From: Haliotis rufescens
Lineage: Eukaryota
Reading direction: 5' to 3'
Length of the DNA stretch: 64,000 nucleotides
Assembly: GCF_023055435.1 (NCBI RefSeq)
Contig: NW_025964035.1
Coordinates: 868,001-932,000, forward strand
How positions within the stretch are numbered: the first letter of the stretch is position 1; every line of letters begins with the position of its first letter. Position numbers and translations under genes: made by a program. The notes below the pieces were generated by a model. It was not told where the DNA came from and made no database searches. It saw nothing but the letters and a program-made list of their open reading frames with translations. Positions 34,495 through 46,400 of this stretch are shown one piece after another.

Positions 34495-37400
34495 TTAGTT
34501 GTAGCAGGACGAGAACTCGTTTATGGTCGCCTCTCTCTGCATGAATTCGGGGCCTCTTGATAACATGTTCTCAATCGTGTGAACATCTCCCACTGAAACA
34601 GAGGTCATTTTAAGGGTAACGCTATTTTTCAGGGCATTATCATTTGCAGAAACCCGAGGTCTTCCATTAACTGCCCGACGAATAGCTAAAATGGATGGAA
34701 TTTTGTATCAAATAAAAAGAAACAACAATATCGGTTTTGGACTTTTTACTGCAATCAACACAAATGTCACTGACCCACTTTTACAAGTATGGAAACGTCA
34801 TAGAACAAACCAGATGACGTCACTATTTAACGTGACGTCACCTATGCCTACCCTATGACGTCACCTTACAACGGGCGTGATAATGGCCCGTCGTCAAGCC
34901 ATATGAGGGCATTATCAAGTTACAGTAGCCCGCTGATTCTTGATAACATGCGGGCGGTTTACTGATAAGTCTATCCATTTTAGCTATAATACATTACAAT
35001 TCGCTTTAATCGTGTTTGTTTGTTTGTTTGTTTGTTGTTTAACGCCGCACTCAGCAATTTTCCAGCTATACGACGGCTGTCTGTAAATAATCGAATCTGG
35101 ACCAGACAAGCAAGTGATTGACATCATGAGCATCGATGTTATGTCATTGGAACACGATGGCATGCATCAACCATGTCAGCGAGCCTGACCAACCGTTCCC
35201 ATTAGTCGCCTCTTACGGCAAGCATAATGGCCTTTTGCGGTAAGCATGGATTGCTGAAGTCCGATTCTACCCCGGATCTTCACGGGTCTCGTTCTAATCC
35301 ATTCGGTGTAGCACTTTACTTCTACTGCAACAGGGGGCACGGGTGGCCCAGTCGTCTAAGACGCCGCGATTCGCTGTGCAGAGTTGCGTCCCTTGGGCAC
35401 GCCAGAAACCTATGATTGTGGGTTCGAATCCTGGTTTCCCCCCGATTATGTTTCTAGGTTTGTCAGCACCATACCCGTGCTCGTGGGTTTCACCGAAGTT
35501 GTAAACGTCTGAGACCTGCATCACTTCTGGCTTTCCTCCCACATTAAGCTGTCACGCCGTGATATAAATGGAATAATGTTAAAAGCGGCGTTAAACCCAA
35601 CTCACTCACTCCCTCACACAACTACAACTGTATGGATGATACCTTCACGCCGTCGGCGCTCTTGTATTGTGTAGAATTACGTCAGTTTGGCGTACCAGAA
35701 TCCGATGATCACGGAAAGGAAGCACATATTCGTTATGATGCTAGTTTTGGTTTGTAAACTCTATGGTTTTACAAAGTGGTAAGCGTCTGGGTGAGTCAGG
35801 TTTTACGCCGTATTTAGGAATATTCCGGCAATATCACTGCGGGGACAAAAGAAATGGGCTTCAACATGTGGGGATTCGAACCCGGGTCTTCGGCGACACG
35901 AGCGAACGTTGTAACCACCATGTTACCCCACCGACCGGTATGCGTCTGAAACTTACTTTGAGCTAACACGTTAAGCTCATAAGCCATAATATAAATGTTC
36001 AAAGCAGCGTTAAATCCAGCTCACTCGCTCACCTTGGGCCAACCTAAAAACGTCGACGTGATTCAGCATTGTGGCATCTTACAGCGCCTTCATGTTTCAA
36101 AAGTTGTATTGTAAAGATTCTAGACAATACTCACGGTGTTGAATATGCATAATCCGATTGAACACCACGAATCCAGGCGTGTCTATCGCGGTGATGATTT
36201 CGTTGGGGATGACGATCTGGAAACGACACTCCTTGTCGGTTTCAGTCAGAGGGTTACCAAGGCAACGCTCGGCATATCGACCATCAGGATTGAAGAAATG
36301 GATCTGTGTTGATGAAAGCAACGAAACATGACTTAGTGGCCTGACGTACACAGCTCGGTGTTGGAAGTTTCAACCTATGGGGAAATACTACTACATCTTC
36401 ATCAGCCTCAGTTTCAAATAATACATGATGGTCTAAAGAAGCAGGGGGCACGGGTGGCCGAGTCGTCTAAGGCGCCGCAATTCGCTGTGCAGAGTTGCGT
36501 CCCCTGGGTACGCCAGAAACCTATGATTGTCGGGCCGGGGATCGAATTATCAGGGCGGGGGACACAAGCAATGGGCTTCACACATTGTACCAATGTGGGG
36601 AATCGAACCCGGATCTTCTGCGGAACGAGCGAACGCTTTAAGCACTGGACTACCCAACCGCCCCTCAACAACGGAGAAGACGCGTCTGAAACTCCTTGTG
36701 TTCAGCGCATCTGTCATTCATTCACCTCCCGGGGGCACGGGTGGCCCAGTCGTCTAAGGCGCCGCGATTCGCTGTGCAGAGTTGCGTCCCCTGGGTACGC
36801 CAGAAACCTATGATACTGGGTTCGAATCCCGGTTCGCCCCGATTATGTTTCTAGGTTTGTCAGCACCATACCCGTGCTCGTGGGTTTCACCGAAGTGGTA
36901 AACGTCTGAGACCTGCATCACTTCTGGATTTCCTCACATTAAGCTGACACGCCGTGATATAACTGGAATATTGTTAAAAGCGGCGTTAAACCAAACTCAC
37001 TCAATCACTCACTAAAGAAGCAAACGCGTGGGACTTCCCAAAGTTCTCATGGTGACGTGATGTCATGAAGCGTGAATGACGTCATTTGATGACGCAATCT
37101 TATAATATGTGTGGTATATGGAGCCATGTTAATGCAATAGTTTAAAAAGACAGCTTATTGACAACACTGCATCAGTAAGTACCTATTAATTGATGTTTCC
37201 CTCAATCTTTCTGCCCAGTATGGTAACTGTAGATGGCAGATGGACATAATCAGGGAGTTTCAGTCTTGAAAGAAGTAAGGATATGGACTTCTCCGTCAAT
37301 GCAGATGCTGTATTGATTGATTCGCGATTGACTGATTTGACGAGTGCGTCCGACTACTGCTGATTCCGCGTATCGTTCTGTCATGGATATAACATTTGCT

Positions 37401-40400
37401 TGACATCTAACTGCTATTCACATATAACATTTGGATACGCGTTAAGTCACCGCAGAGATGCTCTTACAGCACGCATGCACGCACGCACTCACGCAAGCAT
37501 GCATGCACGCACGCACGCACGCACCCCTCTTACCGTGGTGTCTCCCTTGCCAGGCGTAAATGTAAGGCTTGTCCTGACCGTAGCCACCCCCTACCAGGTA
37601 AGGATGAGAACCCTGATCTTACCATGACCATCCCCCACCCCACCCCACCCCACCCCTACCACGTGAGGGTGAGAGGGTTGTTCTTACCGTGACCATCCCC
37701 GACCCCGCCCCTACCACGTGAGGGTGAGAGGGTTCTTCTTACCGTGATCATCCCCCCACCCCAACCCTACCACGTGAGGGTGAGAGGGTCGTTCTTACCG
37801 TGACCACCCCCACCCCCGCCCCTCCCACGTGAGGGTGAGAGGGTTGATCTTACCGTGACCATCCCCCACCCCAACTACGTGAGGGTGAGAGGGTTGTTCT
37901 TACCGTGACCATCCCCCACCCCACCCCTACCACGTGAGGGTGAGAGGGTTGTTCTTACCGTGACCATCCCCCGTCCCGTCTCTACCACGTGAGTGTGAGA
38001 CGGCTGTTCTTACCGTGCCCCACTCCTACCAAGTGAGGCTGAGGGGGCTGTTCTTACCGTGGCACGTCCCCAATACCACGTGAGGGTGAGAGGGTTTTTC
38101 TTGCCGTGCCCTCTCCCTACCACCTGAGGGTGAGAGGGCTGTTCTTACCGTGGCGCGTCCCCCCTGCCAGGTGAGGGTGCGGTCGAAGGGGAAGCTGTTC
38201 CATGGCACACAGTCACCTCCGTTGAGGACCACCTGGTATGTGGCTGCCACGGGGGTGATAACTCGACGGCGTCTGGACATTGAAAAAGATTAATATTTCT
38301 TATGTTTCCTATTCAAAATTACCAATGATATAAGCACTCACTGCAAGTCCTTCGTCTGTCTGCAGTTACCTTCAAGTTGTGGTTATTTTCAAAAGGATAA
38401 ACTGTGCTTCCCGCCAGGCATAAGGGAGGTAACTCCAAACTTACAAATATGCATTCCATTAGCAATTTATTAGAAACAAACCGAATCGTTAAATTTGAAT
38501 TTAGTCGAAATTTAGTCGAAACGTGTTGATGCTAGTACAAAAACCGTCCCGTTGAGGCCTTCTGACACTCACTTGTCACCAATCCTCTCTAACAATATCA
38601 ACACAAAGTTCTTTGGACAAGTACATCTGGACATATGTTTTGATCTACATCTGAAACCAAATAACTGGATCATGTGAATATTTTGATTCCTTCATTTTCA
38701 AAGTCGATTCCTACACTCGTCCCAATTACGATCTTTGGTTTATAGACACCAAACCAGAGCTTATGGGTTCCATCAATGTGGCAAACGTCTACGATAAGTT
38801 ACAAACGCGATTTTAATCCTGAATTAAGCCNNNNNNNNNNNNNNNNNNNNNNNNNNNNNNNNNNNNNNNNNNNNNNNNNNNNNNNNNNNNNNNNNNNNNN
38901 NNNNNNNNNNNNNNNNNNNNNNNNNNNNNNNNNNNNNNNNNNNNNNNNNNNNNNNNNNNNNNNNNNNNNNNNNNNNNNNNNNNNNNNNNNNNNNNNNNNN
39001 NNNNNACCATCTTCGTTGACTGCCACTGAAGTGCTTCCAAGAAACGACCGTAGTTGCTTGGTCGAAGGCTGTAAATTTGCACTAATTCTTTTATTTGCTC
39101 CAACGATAGCTGTGCTTTCCTGCAAAAGTCGAACCACTTTATAGTAGTCATATCAGCCCCCATAATCAATATCCAACATGAAACAATACACAGACATGTG
39201 TCATCCGTTTCAAAAATATTGTTTAGTTCATAAATCCTTTCATTTGGTTAAATAAATGTCTTCAGCATAGCGGTAACGAAGTCCCAGGTACGTTTGTTTC
39301 AGGTGAGGTAAAATGGGGTTTAACGTCGCGTCCAAGATTATTGCACTTATATAGCGACGTGCATGTACGTGTGTGTGTTTGTGTGGCTGCTTGTACTAGT
39401 CCGGACTGATGCCTATTTATAGTGCTAGCTCACTGAGATACAATGCCGCAGTTTAACATGAGCGCCGAGCGCCAGACAGGGTAACAACAAGTACCATCTT
39501 TTAACGTCTTTAGGTATGACGCGGTCCGGGATCGAACCCCGGACCTTCCGTTCTCCGGGCGGACGCTCTACCACTAGACCACGGAGGCAGTCACATTTGT
39601 TTCAGGGTAGTGACCTTCCTTCTGCATACATAAGTACATAAGTATATTTTGTATAAATTGTCAGTTTTCAACTATATTTATGTTTAAACGTACTGAGTTT
39701 CAGCTGGTGTCGTGCCCTGTTGTTTGTTCGTTGCCTCTGTCACAGACGTCGTCTCGACACCCTTTGTATCCACTGAAACACGACAAGAAGGAGGTATTAT
39801 TACTGAATCTAGCCATCCGACTTGTCACCATCCAACCAATCACCGTCTTGTGAAACTATATAAGTTGTTTGTAAGAGCATCCTGACGTCATAATATTTGG
39901 TTTGACGTCACTTGTTTGTAACGTAACAATTGGTCAAGATAGATCTAATTGACACAAAGTAAGGTCTTGTGACGTGTTGGGTACAATGTGTGAAGCCCAT
40001 TTCTGGTGTCCCCCTCCGTGATATTGCTGGAATATTGCTAAAAGCGGCGTAAAACCATACTCACTCACTCACTCTTGTGACGTGTAATGCTACATTCGTC
40101 ACAAATGGTGTGGGAGATTAAAATGTAAGTCAGAAAATAGTCCACACATATATCTGCTTCCCCCTCATGGAGAGCATTATTTGAAAGTTGGTACTATATG
40201 TGAGGATACAAGTAATGTTTAAGGGGAGGTAGATTTTTCACCTTTGTTCACTTGTGCGCCAGCAGATGGGGATGAATCTACTGGAGGTGTTTGTGCAGAG
40301 CTAGCACTTGCCCCAGCTGTAGGTTTGACACCGGCATTGATTCCTGTTTCTGACGCCGTACTGGCGCTTGTCCCTGTTGCTGACGCCGTACTGGCATTTG

Positions 40401-43400
40401 TTACTGTAGTTGACGATGTGATGACGCCTGTTCCTGTTGCTGACGTAGTGCTGGCGCTTGTTGCTGTTGCTGACGACTTGATGGCGCTTGTTCCTGTCGC
40501 AGACGCCGAACTGGCGCTTGTTGCAGTTGCTGACGATTTGATGGCGCCTGTTCCTGTCGCAGACGCCGAACTGGCGCTTGTTGCAGTTGCTGACGATGTG
40601 ATGGCGTTTGTCCCTGTCGCAGACGCCGAACTGGCGCTTGTTGGTGTTGCTGACGATGTGATGGCGTTTGTTCCTGTTGCTGACGATGTGATCGCGTTTG
40701 TTCCGGTTGCTGACGAAGTGATGGCACTGGTTCCTGCCAGTGGTGTGCTAGCACCTATTCCTGTTCCTGACGATGTGATGGCGTTTGTTCCTGTTTGTGA
40801 CGAGGTGATGGAGCTTGTTCCTGTTGCTGACGATGTGATGGCGTTTGTTCCTCTTGCTGATGAAGTGATGGCACTGGCTCCTGTCAGTGATGTGCTAGCA
40901 CCTATTCCTGTGGTTGCTGAGGTGCCTGCACTTGTTCCAGTTGTTGCAGTTGCCGCTATTGCGGGGGAACCAGAGCTCTTCCAGGTAAGAGATGTAGGCG
41001 CCACTGTTGTGCTTGGAGAACTAACACTTATTTTAGTACTTGGTGCAGAAGATGAAACAGTACTAGCAACGACTGTGGTTGAGGTACTTGTGATGGGTGT
41101 AGTGGAAGCGACGGAAGCTATTGTGGTTGAAGATCCAGTGACAGGCTCAGATGAGGAAGCGTTAACTGTCCAAGGAGCAGGTGATGCATTCACAACGGCC
41201 GCGAATAAGGTATCGGCGCTGGAGGCAGCTGTGGATGAAGTAGAATATGTTGAATCTACAGTTGTAGGGAACGAAACACAACTGCCTCCAACAGAGGCCG
41301 TGAAACTATGACTAGTTCCGACTGTATAAGGACCAACGTTACCTGTAGCTAATTAAAGGGCACTAGTTGTGGAATAAGAGGTGAAATGGGGTTTAACGTG
41401 GCGTTCAAAATTATTGCACTTATCTCGCGACGTGCATGCACGTGTGTCTGGCTGCTTGTACTAGTCCGGACAAATGCCGGATTCATTGAGATATCATGCC
41501 GAAGGATAAACATGGATAACCTACTCAGACACGGTAGACTTAAGCCTTTGTTTTATCGCCTTCCTGCCGAGCGCCAGACAGGGTGACAACAAGTACTACC
41601 TTTTAGCGTCTTTTGTTACGACGCGGCAAGGGGATAGAACCACCCTGGGCGGACGCTCTATCCACTATATTGTATGGAACCGTTGACCTTCAGCTCTTTG
41701 GACATGTGGAAGACTATGTTTTGTTTTGTTTTTCGTTTGTTTAACGCCGCTAGCTATAAGGCCGCCCGAACATAACCCAATGATTGATTGAGTGAGTGAG
41801 TATAGTTTTACGCCGTTTTAGCAATATTCCAGCAATATCACGGAGGGGAACACCAGAAATAGGCTTCGTCGTCGTGACAAGCGAACACTTTAACCACTAG
41901 GCAACCCCACCGCCCTTCCAATGATTGACATCATGAGCATTGATCTACGAAATTCGGATACGATGACATGCGTCAAGACTGACCACCCGATCCCGTTAGT
42001 CGTCTCTTAGCCAGAGAGGAAATAAGGAATCAGTTGATTACATTACTAGTACTGTAGTGCAGTAAACTACGGTTATAACGAACTCAAAGGGACCACTAAT
42101 TTTAGTTCGTTGTAGCCGTGGTTCGTTATATGCATATATACAGCATAACTACAGCAAATAGTCGGGACAAAAAAGTAAGTTCGTTATATCCGTCAGTTCG
42201 TTAGAAGCGTGTTCGTTATAACCGTAGTTTACTGTACTATTATCTGTGCCTTTACCATTTGCAGCTGCACTATTTTTATCTGAGGATAGTAAACCTGATG
42301 CTGCACTGGCATTTGATGAAGCTGTTGATGTCGTCGAAGCTGCAATTGTGGTTACAGAAGAATTCGAGGATGCTTTGGGATCGGTGACAGACGAAGACTG
42401 CATGATACCGATGGTCGCACTGGTGGAGGACGAACTGGCGTTTGCACTAGATGACGGGCCAGCATTTGTACCGGTTGTTGATGAAGAGTTGGCACCAGTG
42501 GTGTTTGTTGGTGAAGGAGCACTGGCATTTCGTGCCGATGCCGAATTAACTGGGAGTGAGGCAACTGCAGCTGTAGCCGAGGCACTAGCATCTACAGCAG
42601 CTGTAGAAGAAGAGGAGTTACCTGTGGTCGATTTATCAGTCGAGACCTTGGTTCCAGGGGTCGATGATAAGATGGACGCAATTGTGCTCGGCGACAGAGC
42701 CATCTTTGAAATAGTGGGCACAAGAGATGCCCCGAGTGTGTTGGAGGAGGAGGAGGAGGAGGACTCGCTGGTCCCTGTAGTTGCTGCATCTTTCCCTGCA
42801 CTTTCTGTTGCTGCTGCGGACGCCGCCGAGGCCTTATCAGAACTGACCTCATTAGTTCCACCGTCCTTAATAAAAAATAAGGGGTTTAAACATTTTACAA
42901 CGATTTTTATTTTACATCCATGACAAAGAAATTATTTCTCATCGAATATGAGTTTCTTGCTCAGAAGTTGTTTGATCAAGGTTACAACATTCAAGGCCTC
43001 AGTTAAGCTTTCAAAAAGATTTATGGGAGACGTGTGGGGGACATTTCCAAATTTGACGCATCAGTGACAAAAATGATGTCCGATGCAATTCCCTATTTTG
43101 ACTTGTACCATATGTTCCAATGTTATTTCAGGTGAACAGTTGACTTGCATTTGCATGTGTTTGTGACGGGTGCCATGGTGGGACAGGATACGGTCACCTT
43201 TTCACCAACACCTGGTATCATTACTATTTGATAGTGATTTATAAACATATGCTCAAGATATAGTCGGAATTGTACAATCCACTCTACTTTATGCAGAGAT
43301 GCCGATTGGATATGGAAAGGGTTTGTCTCTTTTTTGATATAAATGGTTTGGTAGAACATATCTTCATATCTATATAGAACAGGTCTTCTGATTTCTGTTA

Positions 43401-46400
43401 ATACGAAAGGACAAATGGTCATTTCGAGTTATGACCTTAGTCGCATACAGGCCTCTCATCATAAACACATGCAGCTGAGATAACGTTAGTGAGTGAGTGA
43501 GTGAGTGAGTTGGGTTTAACGCCGCTTTTAACAGTATTCAAGTTATATCACGGCGTGTCAGCTTAATGTGGGAGGAAAGCCCGAAGTGATGCAGGTCTCA
43601 GACGTTTACTACTTCGGTGAAACCCACGAGCACGGGTATGGTGCTGACAGACCTAGAAACATAACCGGGGCGAACCGGGATTCGAACCCACAATCATAGG
43701 TTTCTGGCGTGACCTTGTACATCTGAAGGTTCCGAAGTTTGATATCAATGACCCTGTAAAACCTCATCAATATTACCAAGTATGATAGAGCCACCTGACT
43801 ATTACGGTCACCTGACTATTACGGTCAGGGCGGATATTTGCCCACTGTTGAAACATGCAAATTGACACTTGTAATCAGACTTACCACGAGACTTCGTTTT
43901 ACGACGTGTACTGAAATTGAAAATTCAGAAAACATGTCAACACTTGTCACAGGGGACGGAGGAATGTGCGAATGTCTTGCTAAATACATTGTTTGCTAGG
44001 CATTTCTTACAAGTTGACGGATGACAACGTTGACGAAAGATGTATGGATAACATCTTCTTTAATATACTGTAACAGCAACTTTTCGGTACAGACGCGTAT
44101 ACCGTTGTCAATCAACACTGGATATTGAAGAAGGTACAGAATTATATATTGTGGATAAAAGATTATCTGATTCAGTAATAGATGGTCAATAAACCTCGTC
44201 CTAATAAATGGAGGATCAAATTCAATTTTTTGTTTAAAAAATGGATTGTTTCTCAGATAGATCTACTCAGGGGCGGTCGGGTAGCCTTGTGGTTAAAGGG
44301 TTCGCTCCTCACGCCGAAGACCCGTGTTCGATTCACGAAATGGGTACAATATGTGAAGCCCATTTCTGGTTTCCCCTGCCGTGATATTGCTGGCATATTG
44401 CTATATGCATATTACTAATAGAAAGCTGGTCTAAACTGTATTATATATTTTATATTTGTGAATATACTTTGCACATTCCGTTTTCGTATTTGTCATTCTT
44501 GACACTTTTCATGACCGACGTGAAAACCAGGGTTATAATTGGTTTTCAGTAACCAATGCTTTTAGTAGGAGGTGACCAACGGGATCGGTTAGTCAGACTC
44601 GCTGACTTGGTTAGTGCATGTCATCGTATCCCTGATGCGTAGATTTATGCTAGTGGTGTCAATCACTGGATTGTCTGGTCAAGACTCGTCATATGCTGAA
44701 ATGTTTTCGTGAAGGCACTGGGGACCAACCTTTTGGTGTTTGCCGATGTAGTTTTGATGGGGGTGGATCATAGATCCCTGAACGGAAGAGCGAACATTTT
44801 GTTTCAAAAGACATTGCTTATTTTTTAAAAAAGCTGTGCCAAATACTTTTTCCAATTATTTCCAAACCCCCCTTAAACCAAATACCCATTGGTACCAGAC
44901 AAACAATGTGTGGCTATACTTACATCCATCAATGTGAGCGACTGTCACGGCAACTGCACACAGAGAACATACCATCAATGGAAACATCTTCTGACCAATC
45001 TCATTCAAATCAGATCTTAGTTTTCGCTACCGCTAAACAAAGATCTGAGGACATCCCATTAAGGGTCACGTCAGAGCGACCTTTCATCCAACCAATCAGA
45101 GCGTCGCTTACCAGATCATGAAAGTGACTGTCGGAATGTGTTTTCCAATCATGCAACCACGAAATATTTAACACGGGGTATTCCGAACGACAGTTACGGG
45201 TTTTATGATTATATCCGTACAATCTAGGCCATATATAAGCCATTCCAGAATGTTCTTCTTATCAGTTTTAATTTTTTTTAATCGAGAATATGTCAAAATA
45301 TGTTTCAAAGCGTAGTCGCCAGTTTGAAACTAGTGTCGTAAAGCTCGAGAAAGCTGATTGGCTATTGTCGATTTCTTGTCAGTCATTAAATTGGTCGGTC
45401 AAAAATCGCGAAAGGTCGTTCTGACGTGATCCGTAATGGGATGTCCTCAGATCTTTGTTTAGCGATAGCGAAAACTAAGATCTGATTTTAATGAGATTGT
45501 CTTTTGACAAGACACATTCACAAAATAACAACAACCATTATGTTCCGTTAAAAGGTTCTTTCGAAATAACGACAAAAACCGTCCCAGATGCATATTCACT
45601 GACTTCACGTTTGTCCAGATATTAAATATATGTTTTAATGGAATAGACATAAATGTGAACACGTCAAAATATTGTTTGGGGTAAGTAAGAGACTAAAACA
45701 TTTACGTGACACCCTGCAAAAAATATAAGCTATAACACCTATTGCCTTCTCATTAATCAATGGTTTAAAAATATTTTTGATATCTCAATAAAGTATTTCT
45801 AAGTGTAGTTCCAGATCTCTAGTTCACCGAGTCTTGTTTGTCAGGAATACTACCATCTACATCTGCCGACATGCAACATTTAGTGGGTTACACTCTTGAA
45901 CCATGTCAGGGGACGAGCTTCAGAATGACGTCATATGTCTGTGACATCATGTTCTCAAAGTCATATTCTAGACTCATCAGACCCAGACATAATTATAACT
46001 ATTCAGCATCTACAATAGTTATAAGAATAAACTGCCTGGCAAAAGAAAGTATATATTTGAAACTTAGATTTAACCTAACATCAGATGCTGGATGAGAAGC
46101 AACTTTCTCAAACTTAATGATGACAAAACTGAGCTCTTGATCATTAGCTCTTAACAGATGCAGTCCAAAGTACGATTTCCTGGTTTGAAAATTGGGGAGT
46201 GTACGGTTGAGCAAAACTCTTGTGCCCGAAATCTAGGCGTGATCATTGACTCAACACTCAGTCTGGATAACCATGTAAGCAGTATGTGCAAAGACAGCTT
46301 ACTTTCACATCAGGAACATCAGACAGATAGCAAGATACGTAGACACAGCATCAGTCAAGTGCCTAGTCCATGCATTTGTAACATCAAGACTTGACTATTG

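Noticed and set aside
37183-37226. Possible extra gene C exon (LPYWAERLRETSINR)
   Set aside because: Weak donor and phase incompatible with exon 36135-36303.
17042-39169. ORFs containing long X runs
   Set aside because: Artefacts of N gaps. Only the part of 38813..39169 matching exon 39008-39119 is used.
40244-42923. Plus-strand ORFs of 355 aa and 225 aa (Val/Ala/Asp-rich)
   Set aside because: Antisense shadows of the Ser/Thr/Ala exons; splice sites and signal peptide support the minus strand.
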